A stretch of DNA of 62,949 bases, the filler included, from Welwitschia mirabilis (lineage: Eukaryota), in assembly GCA_051453625.1 (NCBI GenBank). It is 5 parts of one record of this genome, joined end to end, with 100 filler letters (N's around TTAATTAATTAA, not from the genome) between each part and the next. Parts side by side here need not be neighbours in the genome. Positions count along the whole stretch, not along the records: positions 43,588 to 60,431 come from JBOZIK010000001.1; positions 60,532 to 62,949 come from JBOZIK010000001.1; 3 more parts are not named here. One strand, written 5' to 3'. The notes beneath the pieces were generated by a model, which was given only the letters and a program-made list of their open reading frames with translations, was not told where the DNA came from and searched no databases. This document shows positions 50,701 to 62,949 of the stretch, piece after piece. The stretch's first letter is position 1. Every line of letters begins with the position of its first letter. Both the position numbers and the translations under genes were made by a program.

Positions 50701-53092
50701 GGGATGAGACATTCTATCAACCTTTTTGGTCTCTAGTAAGGCACTCTCCAACTCCATACTAAAATTCATGTAGTGGTGGTGGTGTATGAGAAACTTATCA
50801 GGATGTTGTCTCTTGTCTTTATGCAAACAAATGGCCTATTGTCATAAGTGCTAAGTAGTCACTTGCTTCTAATCATACATGGGATCTTGTTTCTTTTTTG
50901 CTCAGTTGACATGCTTAATAGAATTGGTCGATTTTCAAAATTAGGGAGAAAGTAACATGAGAGAAACATTATAAAGCCATGCTAGTGGTGTAAGGCTTTG
51001 GGTTTTAGTCAAAAGCTACATATTCACGTCAATTAAATTCTCTCTTGTAGTCAAACATTCCTTTGTTTGTATCACTTTAGCCATAATTGCTTCTTTTGAC
51101 TTGGAGCTCGAGTACCTTTATATCAAAACAACTGCTTTGCTTGTGGCTTCATTGTAGAAATTTATATATGTGAACTTACAGGTTTTGCATAGAATTACAA
51201 TCTTGTTTGTGGATTAAAAAGAAATTTGTATGGTTAGACAAAGACACCTAGAGAATGGTATAAAGTGTTTGACACTATCACATAGGAATAGAAAATGAAA
51301 CGTGCAAAACAACCTACATTGGTACTTTTCTACAAGCATTGTGATTTTGTTGCTTTATGTAGATGACATGTCCACAAAGGGAAACAATTTTGTTGAAATA
51401 AACAGGTTGAAGGTTCACACAATAAAACAAGTTTGCTACAAAGGATCTTGATCCCACAAAATGAATGTTTGGGATGAAGAGGGACAAAAATGATGGGAAG
51501 CTTTGATTGAGCCGAGAATACTAGATTGATAAGGTCATTGAATGATTCAACATGTCTAATTGTACACATGTTTCTACTACTCTAGCAATCCAGTTTTAGC
51601 CTTTAAAAGGAGAGTGTCCAAGTACAAAACGAGACAAGGAGGAAATAATGGTAGTACTTATACATAAGCAGTCAATGGCTTAGTGTATGCCATGGTTTTT
51701 AGTACACTAGACATTGCCTTTGTGGTGCGAGTTGTTTCTAATTCATGAGTAATGCTGGTACCCTTCATTAGGAGTGGGTAAGTCGATATTGAGGTACTTG
51801 AATGGCACTCAACATGTGTGTCTATGTTTTGGAGATCACATTTGGAAATGATAGGCTTCTTAGATGCGGACTACGCCAGCTGCAAAGATAACAAAAAAAT
51901 ATACCATAGGTCTTGTTTCCATGTTCATTAGAGCTACTACTTGGATGTCACGGTTGTACTCAGAAGTGGCATTTTCAAATACAAAATCAAAATGTGTTGC
52001 CTTACTCAAAGCTATAAATGTGATTACATGGTTGAAATGTGTTCTTGAATGATTTAATCTTTAGTAGGCTTAATACATTGTTCATTGTGATAGTCAAAGT
52101 GTAATCCATTTAGCAAACCATTTTGCATGTCATGCTAGGGTAAAGCACATAAATATAGATACCATTTTATTATGGAGGTTTTGATAGAGGCAAGATGCAT
52201 ATTTAGAAAATCTGTGAGAAAATACAAACATGGTAGATTTCTTGACAAAATCAATGGAAAAGTACAAAATTGAATTTTGTACACATAGCAACAATATGCT
52301 CTAAGGGATATAGAAAGTGATACATCTCTTGAAGTACACTTTAAAGGAGATTCAATTTGTCTTCACATGGGAGTCAGGACAATATTAAAAAGTGAAGTCA
52401 ATTTGACTTTTTTCCTTTTCTTTCTTTGTAATTTTCTTGCAACATTATATTTTCTTATAACATTATTTTAATGTTAATCTTCACTAATGTTTGGAAACGT
52501 GATTATGTGATAAAATCATCTTTGATTATTTTTTAATATGCTAAATATGAGGTGGTAATATGCTCTAAGGGATATACAAAGTGATACATCTCTTGAAGTA
52601 CACTTTTAAGGAGATTCAGTTTGTCTTCACGCGAGAGTTAGGACAATATTAAAAAGTGAAGTCAAGTTGACTTTTTTTCTTTTCTTTCTTTGTAATTCTC
52701 TTGTAACATTATGTTAATGTTAACCTTGACTAATGTTTGTTTGGAAAGGTGATTATGTGATAAAGTCATCTTTGATTATTTGTTAATAGGCTAAATATGA
52801 GGTGTAAAGCTTTAATGTTTATTTTAGGGTTGGATATGTAATTAGAGACTAAACATTTACTTTTAACGTTGGGATGTATGTTCATTTAAAAAATTAGAGC
52901 TATTGCTACAAGCCTATATGTGTGGGCATGTTTGTTGTGACAATGAGAGCTCTTCATTGCACTATGGGGATGTAGGTTGGAAAGGGGCCATACCTCATTA
53001 AATTGTTGTGTTGTTTATGCTATCATAGTATTTTCCTTTTCTTTTTATTTTTTAAGAAGTTAAAAATCTGCTTCTATGATAGTCGGTGCATC
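47777..53092 (+). mobile_element. Second, heavily decayed Tork-like Ty1/Copia element (NSE1 intron 4)
   Basis: PBS-like tggtattagaac at 48175-48186, integrase GASYFVTFLDDFSSKIW (~49775), RT LLYVDDM (~51350), RNase H remnants at 51860-52250, and similar aaaaagtgaag..a.ttgactt LTR starts at ~47790 and ~52387. Outer boundaries approximate. Confidence 0.8.
52293..52804. repeat. ~264-bp tandem duplication spanning the Copia PPT/LTR start
   Basis: The unit aatatgctctaagggata...ctaaatatgaggtg starts at 52293 and again at 52557, with scattered differences. Confidence 0.85.
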
Positions 53093-53230
53093 ATGAGTAA
53101 AGGGAGCCTCCAAAACACGAGCTTTATTATCTTCTTTTAGGCTTTAATTATTGAGTATGACTTGTGGCTTTGGGCTCAACTAGTGAGAGTGTTCCATTGC
53201 TTGTGGATAGAGCTTAGCAAGTGCCTTAAC

Positions 53231-55099
53231 CATAGTTGCCAGACTTAGGCTCAACACCAACTTGAGAAGGCAGTTTGGATTTGGACGCACCATTTGAAGT
53301 CAAGCAAACTTGGCGAACTTGGCAGAAATGCGAGAAAGCCAAAAGTGTTTGGATCAACATGCAATTTTCTAACATTTTAAGCACTTTTAATGGCTTAAAT
53401 TAGGATAATAAACATTTCTAAGCACTAGATGACTATTGTAAATACCATTGACAAAATTAGTATGTGTGGCATATGTGTATACATGGGTATTAGAGATCAT
53501 TTAGTTTCATTTTCAAAAATGGAGTAAGTGCATAACAAACACTAATAGAGCAACAAACTTTAACATAGTAACATATAGTAATATATACATTGAAAAATTA
53601 AAAGTCACATAGAACCTTAAAAAATCAAAAACAATAACTTAGTAATAGACAATGGACACTAACAGAGTGATAGACATTCACTAACGAACAGATAATAGAT
53701 AAGACACCAATAGAGTAATATATACTACCAATTACATATAAAAATGATAGGCATAGTATAATCTGTACACTCTTTGGTTGCATAAAGACGTTTGAAAATT
53801 TTCGATTAAATAATATCTATGATTAACCAAGTTGTTGAACAAAAATAAACTAGAAAAGTAAATGAGCAAGAAACAAAAACTAATAGAACTTGTAAATTTT
53901 ATAAACATGCAGGGAGAAAAAGCTTGTGATAGATTGAATACAAAGCTGCAATGTCAAAAAGTGAGATATGGGTTTGGTAAATCTCATTGTTATATGTGTC
54001 TAAGCTTTTCAAAGTAAGAAATATGTTTTTAAAAGAAGTGTTTTTAAAATGGAAGGTTGCTTTTTTTTAAAATAAGTGTTTATACCGTTATTTGTAATTT
54101 TAAATGAAAAGCAAGTCTAGGAGTTGTAGACTCGCAAAGCTCTCCAAATTAGGTAAGTCTGGCGAGTTTGATGAATCTGCCACTCTTGGACTCCTCTTTG
54201 CGAGTTTCATGTTTNNNNNNNNNNNNNNNNNNNNNNNNNNNNNNNNNNNNNNNNNNNNNNNNNNNNNNNNNNNNNNNNNNNNNNNNNNNNNNNNNNNNNN
54301 NNNNNNNNNNNNNNNNNNNNNNNNNNNNNNNNNNNNNNNNNNNNNNNNNNNNNNNNNNNNNNNNNNNNNNNNNNNNNNNNNNNNNNNNNNNNNNNNNNNN
54401 NNNNNNNNNNNNNNNNNNNNNNNNNNNNNNNNNNNNNNNNNNNNNNNNNNNNNNNNNNNNNNNNNNNNNNNNNNNNNNNNNNNNNNNNNNNNNNNNNNNN
54501 NNNNNNNNNNNNNNNNNNNNNNNNNNNNNNNNNNNNNNNNNNNNNNNNNNNNNNNNNNNNNNNNNNNNNNNNNNNNNNNNNNNNNNNNNNNNNNNNNNNN
54601 NNNNNNNNNNNNNNNNNNNNNNNNNNNNNNNNNNNNNNNNNNNNNNNNNNNNNNNNNNNNNNNNNNNNNNNNNNNNNNNNNNNNNNNNNNNNNNNNNNNN
54701 NNNNNNNNNNNNNNNNNNNNNNNNNNNNNNNNNNNNNNNNNNNNNNNNNNNNNNNNNNNNNNNNNNNNNNNNNNNNNNNNNNNNNNNNNNNNNNNNNNNN
54801 NNNNNNNNNNNNNNNNNNNNNNNNNNNNNNNNNNNNNNNNNNNNNNNNNNNNNNNNNNNNNNNNNNNNNNNNNNNNNNNNNNNNNNNNNNNNNNNNNNNN
54901 NNNNNNNNNNNNNNNNNNNNNNNNNNNNNNNNNNNNNNNNNNNNNNNNNNNNNNNNNNNNNNNNNNNNNNNNNNNNNNNNNNNNNNNNNNNNNNNNNNNN
55001 NNNNNNNNNNNNNNNNNNNNNTCATGTTTTCAGACTCGCATTAGCTTAACAAATTCAAGACTCACCACTCTCGTGAGGTTAGGGAGTCTGACAACAATG
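53231..55099. mobile_element. Non-autonomous hAT-like DNA transposon
   Basis: Terminal inverted repeats catagttgccagact / agtctgacaacaatg (13 of 15 match) with subterminal gactc/cgagt motifs. Contains an ~800-N gap. The 8-bp TSD is only partial (gccttaac/gcctctga). Confidence 0.6.
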
Positions 55100-55614
55100 G
55101 CCTCTGATTATGTACCATGTCTCCTCCCATTGTGGCATAAATTTTGTAGATGAGATCTTATGGGATCCTGAGAGAAATATTGGTTGTTAACAAAACCATG
55201 GGAAATATAAAAACTATATGTTTTTAATATTTATGATATATATATATATATATATATTAAGTGTCTTAAGGGTTGAAAAGCCCTTTCGCTACCACGAGTG
55301 AGTTGTTGTATAGGGTTACTTAAGGCATCGTGAGAAGTGAGAAATAAATTCAAGGAAAAAAGGGAATGAAATCCCCTTTAATTATTTACTATTTTTAAAA
55401 TTGTTTTCTTAAAAGAATAGATCTTGGAATTTGGGACAAGATCCTATCAGGAAACAACTATAAATCTCTGGGATTCCACTCTTGAAAAAATAAAATTTGA
55501 AGGCCTTGGGATCCAAGATGGGATCCTTAGATACCATTGGTGGGACGGGATCTCACTGAGAAATGGCAATAAATCAGTGGGATGCCAATCACAGAATGGC
55601 CTTAACCATATGAA

Positions 55615-56300
55615 ATAATTGTCTTTATTTGTTCTTTTGCTAGTTGTTTTTCACTCTTTACTATTTTACATTGTAGGTGTTCCCCCCATAGCAAATGGTA
55701 TCAAAGCCATGGGTTTTGAATCCTATATGGTTTCCACTTCTCATAGAATTTTTTAGTTGTGAACTGGATATTCTTGTTTTAGTAGGAATTTTGGATGTAA
55801 TAGAGAATTTAGTTTTGGTAGATGGATTTGATAAGAAGAACTATGGATGTTTAAGATGAAAGCCTTGTTGTATGAGTGAGATCTCGAATTGCTTATGTGT
55901 GAAGCAATTATGAAATTGAATGATGTCTTTTTAGTTAATTAGGCTGAAGTGAGACAAAAAGGTCTAAGAATAATTTATTCGGATGATTCAATTCTCACAT
56001 ATGTGGAAGTTGAAAAAACTACGATTTGTGAAGATCGTTGGAGAATTTCTATTAATAAGATCTTTTACTAATAGGGTGTTTCTCCATTAGAAGTTGCAAA
56101 GTCTAAAACCTAAACTGAATGAAGGCTTGACATCAACAGTTCAAATTTTTTTATTTCATATATGGTTGCCCTAGGGGTTAAAATCTTTGACTTGGACAAG
56201 AAAATGACTTTTAATAGTTTGCTGCTTGAATATTGGGATGGGCTTGTGATACCATTGACTAGCAATACCACTTCCTACAAGGTTGGGTGTTCAGGAAAAC
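55615..56300 (+). mobile_element. Copia 5' fragment (LTR end, PBS, decayed gag)
   Basis: ...tagca followed by tggtatcaaagc at 55696-55707, then gag-like FDKKNY and WMFKMKALL (frameshifted). Confidence 0.6.
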
Positions 56301-58282
56301 TAGACATTGTTGTCAAGGATGGGGTAATTGAGGTTCCAAAGAAGATTTAGAATGACACTTAAATACATAGCCGAGCCCAAACACTATAGTTGTAAAGAAC
56401 TAAATTCATGAAAATTGGTGCAAGCTAGCATTCATACATGTAATCGCATTGTAAGGAAATTAATAGGCAATAAAAGACAATTATTTTTAATATCAATGAA
56501 ACAAGGAAATTATTGATTTTGAATAAATAGTTTATAAGTTTTGATAATATGCATATTACGAGGACTTCCTGAAGAAAGAGTTTCTTTTCAAAATGTGGCA
56601 TAAGCAATTTTTTGGTTAAATTTCATTTTTCATTCATTACAACAAAAGATTTGTCTTCATATCAAATCATGATAAAACAAGAGCTAATTTTGAAGTAATA
56701 ATGTTAGACTAAATTTGTAAGAGAAATAATAATCTAACAAATAATCTTAATTACAAAATTTAATGAGTTGGAAAGTGCAAACATGAAGATTGAATTTGGA
56801 AGTGACAACACAGGAATTAGATGTAACGAATTAGAATGGGATGATTCTAGAACAAGAATAATACTTTCTTCTGACTGGTGTAAGACGGGTGTTGCATGAA
56901 TGAACTAGGAATTTTGTCGATGCTTTGTCTCAAATAAGACTTCTAAACCAATGCTTCCATGTTGACTATGCCTGGACTGAATAGGAAAGGGTCTAACAAA
57001 ATTTGGATGTTGGAAGGTTCCTCTTGAAACCAACACAAAACAGGAACTGACGCGTATATGGACAGACAGTCTCTTCTTTTCTCACTAGTTGGCTTTCATA
57101 ACGTTTGGACTTAAAGGTGGTAAGCAAAAAATGGGTTGAAAAAACAAAGCTTCAGACTTAATAAGGGGACAGGAATTAGAACAAAAATCAAGGATACATG
57201 AACTAGAATGAAGACACAGATCACTTTTTCATCCACGAAATCCCCTCTCTCCACTAGGTAGCAACATTGCTGTGCTTCAAATACATTGGAATGCCAATTC
57301 TTTGAGTTTGTCATTTAGTTACCAATAGAATTTTATTGTTAACCATGATTATTTTAACAATTACAAAATAGGAATTTGCATTAAAAATTTTGTTGTGCCA
57401 CCTTGCATATCTTGTTTTAGAAGAGGATCCAACATTGTTGAATTTGGAAGAAGCAGATTGTTATCATGAATAAGCTTACCTCATAAAATTTGGTTTGATA
57501 ATAATTGGCTTAACCAATCCGCTTTCTTCTTTACAATGCCTATCTTATGCCTATGCTGATTTGAAGGTCTAAGGTTTTCAATAGATATGCTTTTAATAGC
57601 TTACATTTTGTAGCTGCTTCATCAAAAAATGATATCTACTCTAGAAGGTAATCTAAAAAAATTCAAGAGCACAAAAGGAATCTTGTTCCTAGCAAGTTGG
57701 GGGTGCATAGAATAAGGTCGGGCAAGCAAAGCAACGACTTGCCATAGAAGAATGTAAGCAAAGAGCAACAACAACCATATAAAAGCACAGGAAAGTGGTT
57801 AGTGGCCTATGGGTCTCTAGCCCATTAGAGCATTAGTCCTTTGAAGTTGATTGGCAATGTCTTCAAGCATTCTCTGGATGTTGCCACTAACTTTTCTGAG
57901 ATGATCATAATCATTTTTCTAATTGTAGTGTCTTGTAGGTGGGCAAAGGGTCAAACTTCTCATTAAGCTTATTAGGAATTACACAATTTGCACATGAAAC
58001 ATCTATGTTAATGTGGAGAGTCTCCTAAGGTCTACTTTGATGTAGCTAATGCAAGATCCTTCCACATGCAAATCTTTTGAAAGTGGTCTCTGATTTTAAC
58101 CAAACCTAGTGTAGCTTTGGCAATCTTGTTGAAGATTGCCCTTTCGTGCCTCATGCTTCACCTTGAAGACATTACCATAGAAGAATGTAAGCAAAGAGCT
58201 GCAACAACCATACAAAAGCCCAGGAAAGTGGTAGTGGCCTATGGGTCTCTCCATCCCATTAGAGCATTAGTCCTCTAAAGTT

Positions 58283-60431
58283 TGTTAGGATTTGAAGGCA
58301 CCCTAGAGGGGGGCGGGGGGTGAATAGGGTATTAAAAATATTTTACAATAACAGAAATTTTAGATCTGAAAACAAATAGACATAAAATAGTACAGAGAAG
58401 TAAAGAGAACATAAAACAAATGCACCAGATTTTTATAGTGGTTCGGCCAAGCCTACTCTACTCTCAAGTGCAGCAAACAACTATCAGCCTCTTGGCTCCT
58501 TTATCTCCAAAAGGATCTTACAACAACGCCTTCACTCGAAGTTCGTACAGCTTCCAGGCCACTACTCAAATCCTTGAGCCACTTACAAATAGAATAAGAA
58601 TGTTGCTTGATACAATTGTGCCTAACTCTAGCACTATTCATTAGTGTTTAAGTCCTTGAAGATTAATCTTCTGATGAAGACAGATTGCTCAATGTAGTAC
58701 GTTAGCTTTCAGAAATGAAGCGAGTTTGGTATAGAAGAATTCTTGTAATGCACAAAATATTCCTTTTCAAAATGATGCATACTTTACAATACAATAGAGA
58801 GGTATTTAAGGAGAAGAAGAATAACTAGGGCTTAGATCCTTGAAGTATGTGCCAGACGACCAAAAGAGAGCCGTTGTAATGTTGAAATCCGTAGTTAACA
58901 TCTTTCAACGGCTATGTTTCTGCGCCAAGGGATAAAAGGCCGGACGTCCCATCGAGGGGACTCAGTCGTCCGATTTTAATCTGCTTCTACAAGAAAACTG
59001 AATACAGGGTCGGACGTCCCGGTTTTACAAGCATACATCCCAGTACAAATTACCGTGAGCAGCTCCGGACGTCTGGGTTTCACAAGGCGGATGTCCCAGT
59101 ATAGTCAAATCGAATACAGAGCTGGACGTCTCGGTTTCACAAGGTAGACGTCCCAATATCAAAGACCGAGCAGTTATTCGGACGTCTCAATTTCACAGGG
59201 CAGACGTCTCGATCGGATGAAAGCTTATTTTCAGACTTGCGAGTTTGATTCTCATCATTGAAAATGCATGNNNNNNNNNNNNNNNNNNNNNNNNNNNNNN
59301 NNNNNNNNNNNNNNNNNNNNNNNNNNNNNNNNNNNNNNNNNNNNNNNNNNNNNNNNNNNNNNNNNNNNNNNNNNNNNNNNNNNNNNNNNNNNNNNNNNNN
59401 NNNNNNNNNNNNNNNNNNNNNNNNNCGTTAGCAAAAATAGAAAAAATAATCTCATATTTTCTACCCCTTTGTCATCAATGAAAAGAAACAACAAAAAGTA
59501 AAAAGACATAGAGAAGTTGAAAGTAAGTGTGTTATATTAGTCATGAGATGATTACAAAAGTTGAGAGTTTAGAGTACAAAATGAGAGAAGAAAGATAGTA
59601 CGAACATGTAAGGAAGTATAATAGAAGAGGGTGCTAGTTAGAGTGAGAAGGAGAAGATGCTGTAGCTGGTTATTCCCCTGGTGCCTCCTCTTCTTCTAAA
59701 CTCACAGGAATATCCAGATCATAAGCTGATAATCCAAATGAAATGCAGTCTATCTTCCTAGTCAACTTGTCTGCTGTAGCCCTGGTAAAGTCTCTAACCT
59801 CATGGATGGCTTGAAGCAGATCTGCATTAAAGATGGTACTTGAGCTAGTCTCTTCTTCAGTTCTTTGTTTCTTTTTTAGTGGAGGAGCAGGCCCCATGGT
59901 TTCAGAAAAGATATTCATTTTCTTTAACAAATATAATCCAAGTGGTTTAGGAACCTTAACAAGCTCCTCATCTTTCTGAATAGAGAACTGATGATTTTCC
60001 AAGATAGCTGTGATGAGACCACCGAAGGGAAGACTAGAGTAGCTGGCGATAAAGAATTGACTGATATAAAACTAGTGATTAAAAAGTCGGCAAAAGTTAA
60101 AAAGTCCGCAATCTCAAAAAAAGCGTTGGTCATCGAGTCGGAGACTAGTCGGCAGAACAGTCGGCTAAAAAAGTCTGCTAAAAAAGTCTACTAAAAAAGT
60201 TGGCATTAAAAAAAGCATTAAAAATCATTTTTCTTTAATTTCAACAATGTAAGACATTAGTGGTCACATTTTGGATATACATAACGCTTTACTAATGTGA
60301 TCAAAAGTTCTAGATGACCCATTTTTAAATGCATTATGACTCTTACCAATTGAATCTTGAAGCATACAATTGAACATTTGAAACCACAGTTGACATATGA
60401 TGATATGAATGACCCAATTAGAATTTGAACA
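58283..60431 (-). mobile_element. Sirevirus-like Copia 3' region (extra ORF, PPT signature, LTR with repeated motifs)
   Basis: Terminus tgttagga...ctagagggggg...gtgaataggg, ~56-bp-period ggacgtc repeats at 58940-59215, and minus-strand tgatgacaaaggggtagaa (~59459-59477) resembling the Sirevirus multi-PPT. ORF 59670-60002 lies in the env-like position. Confidence 0.72.
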
Positions 60432-61499
60432 NNNNNNNNNNNNNNNNNNNNNNNNNNNNNNNNNNNNNNNNNNNNTTAATTAATTAANNNNNNNNNNNNN
60501 NNNNNNNNNNNNNNNNNNNNNNNNNNNNNNNTGAGTCTCGTTCCAGGTCCACCTGAAACACATTTTAACCGTTGTTTTATTTAAATTATTTCTTTATTTT
60601 TAAATAATGTGTTTCCGTTTTTGGATCAGAAAACCGTTGTTTTATTTAAATTATTTCTTTATTTTTAAATAATGTGTTTCCGTTTTTGGATCAGAAATCT
60701 GTGAGTCACAAGAAGTGGTAAAAAAGATTGTTTTTATTTTATACGTGAGTTTAAGTTCTTTTACCCTTTTACAGTAATAGTAGCCAAAGATGTGCATTTA
60801 TAGCTACGTAAACTACGTTTGTTATCTAAATGTTAGTAAGTTGTTTAATAGAAATAATTTAAGTATTAGTATTCTAAGTTTACAATATATTCCACAATAA
60901 TATTCCTTTTAAAGCTAAAAGGTATCTTTCGTAAAATATTTAAGAAGTTATTAAAAATATTTTAATTGATTAAAAGCTATTTATAATTAAAATTAAAATT
61001 TTTTAGTATGTCTATAAGACCCTGTTGGACCAAAGAAATGTATTTACATGAGCTTGAAAGATTTCATCTATAGAACTGATGAGTCTTTTGGGTAAAACTT
61101 AAACTAATTAAACAAAATTACAAGCTTTAATGTTTTACTCACTTTATATGTTATCTGTGAGAAGACATTTAAGAGGATGAGATAGAGAATATGAGAGGAA
61201 GAGTGTATAGGAATGGTAGGAGAAGGATTAGATTCCACAAGCGATGTGGTGAGAAGTCATGCAAGGAGGAGAAGCGCTAGTTTCATCTCTCGAAGAGAGT
61301 GGTAGAAGAGGAGAACATGTCTTGGCTAGAGGGCTTTGGCCTAAAGGGAGGTAGCATGCTAGGGTGGTAGTAAACAGGGAGATAGGATTATCAAGAAATG
61401 GCCCTCACTGGTAAGTTTGTCATCTTGATGGCTTCTAATGCAGTGAATTTTTTCTATGAAGAGATAGTTTAAGGTTTCTCCTAAGCACTATAGTGATGC

Positions 61500-62050
61500 A
61501 AAGGAAAGGTTCAAGCTTAGTTTGATAGGGCATTTTGTGTCTCTAGTCCTTGACCAAGCACCAAAGCCATTAGAAAATAAGTGACTTTAAAACAAACGAG
61601 ACTCAAATCTATTTAAGTGATAGCTTTAGTAGGGGAGTTGGTCTTATTCAAGTTTGAATCAGAGGAGGACTTGCATAACATAATCATAAGGGGGTCATGA
61701 TTCTTTAGAGCAAGGGCCTAGCCTTGGCTCAATGGAAACTAGGAAAAGATCACAAAAAAATCTTTTACAGGTTGTCGATTTGGGTTGAAGTACAAGGAAC
61801 CAATCTAACACTCTGAAATTAACATTTCATGTAGGACCTAGCAATTTAGTTTGAAGAATTAATAAAGCTAAACCCACTAGCTCTTAGTAGTACAAGAACA
61901 GTCATTATTTGTTTTGTTTGTAAATAGATATTGACTTAATGAATAATCTTTAAGAGCTTGAAATAATCTACACCTTCACAATTCATAAAGCAAAAGTAAA
62001 ATATAAGAATTTCCCCACTCCATGTGATTTTTGCAAAATGATGGCACATT
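61500..62050 (+). mobile_element. Decayed L1 LINE ORF1 (DUF4283-type region and CCHC knuckle)
   Basis: FKLSLIGHF, LVLFKFESEEDL..IIRGS*FF, LAQWK, IWVEVQG and KVKYKNFPTPCDFCKMMAH are all present, with stops and frameshifts. Confidence 0.72.
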
Positions 62051-62949
62051 AATCAATTATTTCTATTAACTTTTCTAGAGTAATTTTTCATAAGGAAATT
62101 AATAAATAATTTTTAATTTCAAACTTGAATATAATAGTTTTTCATTTACAAATAGTATGTTTTCAAAAATTGATGATTAACACGTGTCCTTTATATCCTT
62201 TATACAAATGTCATTCAATTAGTACCAATTGCAAATAAGAAGTTAGAGGAGTATTAAAGTGGCACACAAAAAAAATGACACCTATTTCCTGGTATTGGAC
62301 ATAGGGTAAGAGGAGTAGAGCACATGGTAGAATCTTGTTCATCCATGGAAACTAGTTACATAAACAATGAATTTATGCTATAAATATGTAATGCCTTGAG
62401 GAGAAAATTGAGGTTGTTAACATTCTAGTACATCTTGAAAGCTATTCGGGAGGTAGAGAAATCACCTCACTAGGAATCTTCACAATCATCTTTATACCTA
62501 CAAAGTTAGCAAAGTTTTGTAGTATTTCCCAACATTGATATAATAGATCAATTGATTCTGAAAAATGCTAATCATGTTGTACATTTGTTGAGTTTTCTTT
62601 ACATATTGAAAAGGTTTTGTAAATTTTCTAACAATAATCTGTATGCATGTTTATTGGTTTGAAAATATAGTAAATTGCATTTACATTATTAGATAGCAAA
62701 AAATCTACATGAAAAAGTATTGTTTATTACTTATATTGCTTCTAATACTTATAGCGGATGAATACCTAGGATAATAGTACTTACAAATAATTATTTACCA
62801 TAATCTTGCATGTGAAATATGTTTTTCCCCTATTCTATATTTTATATAAATTTCTTTGTTAATTTAGAAGTTTAACAAAGTACTTGGTTGAGTTCTTTGG
62901 AAGTTGTGATTGACATAGTTTTTGAAAGTAATAATTTGTTCATAAGCAA

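Noticed and set aside
54104-55153. Long ORFs here and at 11860-12474 and 59245-59509
   Set aside because: They are open only because they read through runs of N.
58940-59215. Regularly spaced repeats resembling a CRISPR array
   Set aside because: Eukaryotic context, degenerate units, no cas genes, and the repeats lie inside an LTR.
60569-60697. Exact ~64-bp tandem duplication next to a linker gap
   Set aside because: The perfect identity at a contig end suggests an assembly artefact, though this cannot be confirmed here.

Overview
AT-rich, repeat-dense land-plant nuclear scaffold with several N gaps, four of them 100-bp artificial linkers (44N-TTAATTAATTAA-44N). One real gene is present: NSE1 (SMC5/6 complex RING E3 subunit), + strand, exons 30951-31065, 31152-31348, 45963-46043 and 46225-46452. 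Its intron 2 is about 14.6 kb, and the rest of the RING domain was not found in the window. Most other sequence is decayed transposons: a full-length Athila-like Gypsy (6101-16371, TSD CTAAC) nested in a Tat-like Gypsy, Tork-like Copia elements in NSE1 introns, Sirevirus-like pieces, a hAT-like element and LINE remnants. Two features stand out. (1) A ~1.83-kb fold-back (37168-38996) sits just after the PBS of the intronic Copia. Its arms are an inverted duplication of a plant 4CxxC glutaredoxin-like gene 3' segment, and arm mismatches are biased to G:U pairs on the + strand, so it is a candidate hairpin/small-RNA locus. (2) A cluster of co-oriented host gene fragments at 1184-2608 (RING-H2, A20/AN1 SAP, SAMDC fused in frame to a kinase fragment). 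All homologies were recognised by eye; no searches were run.
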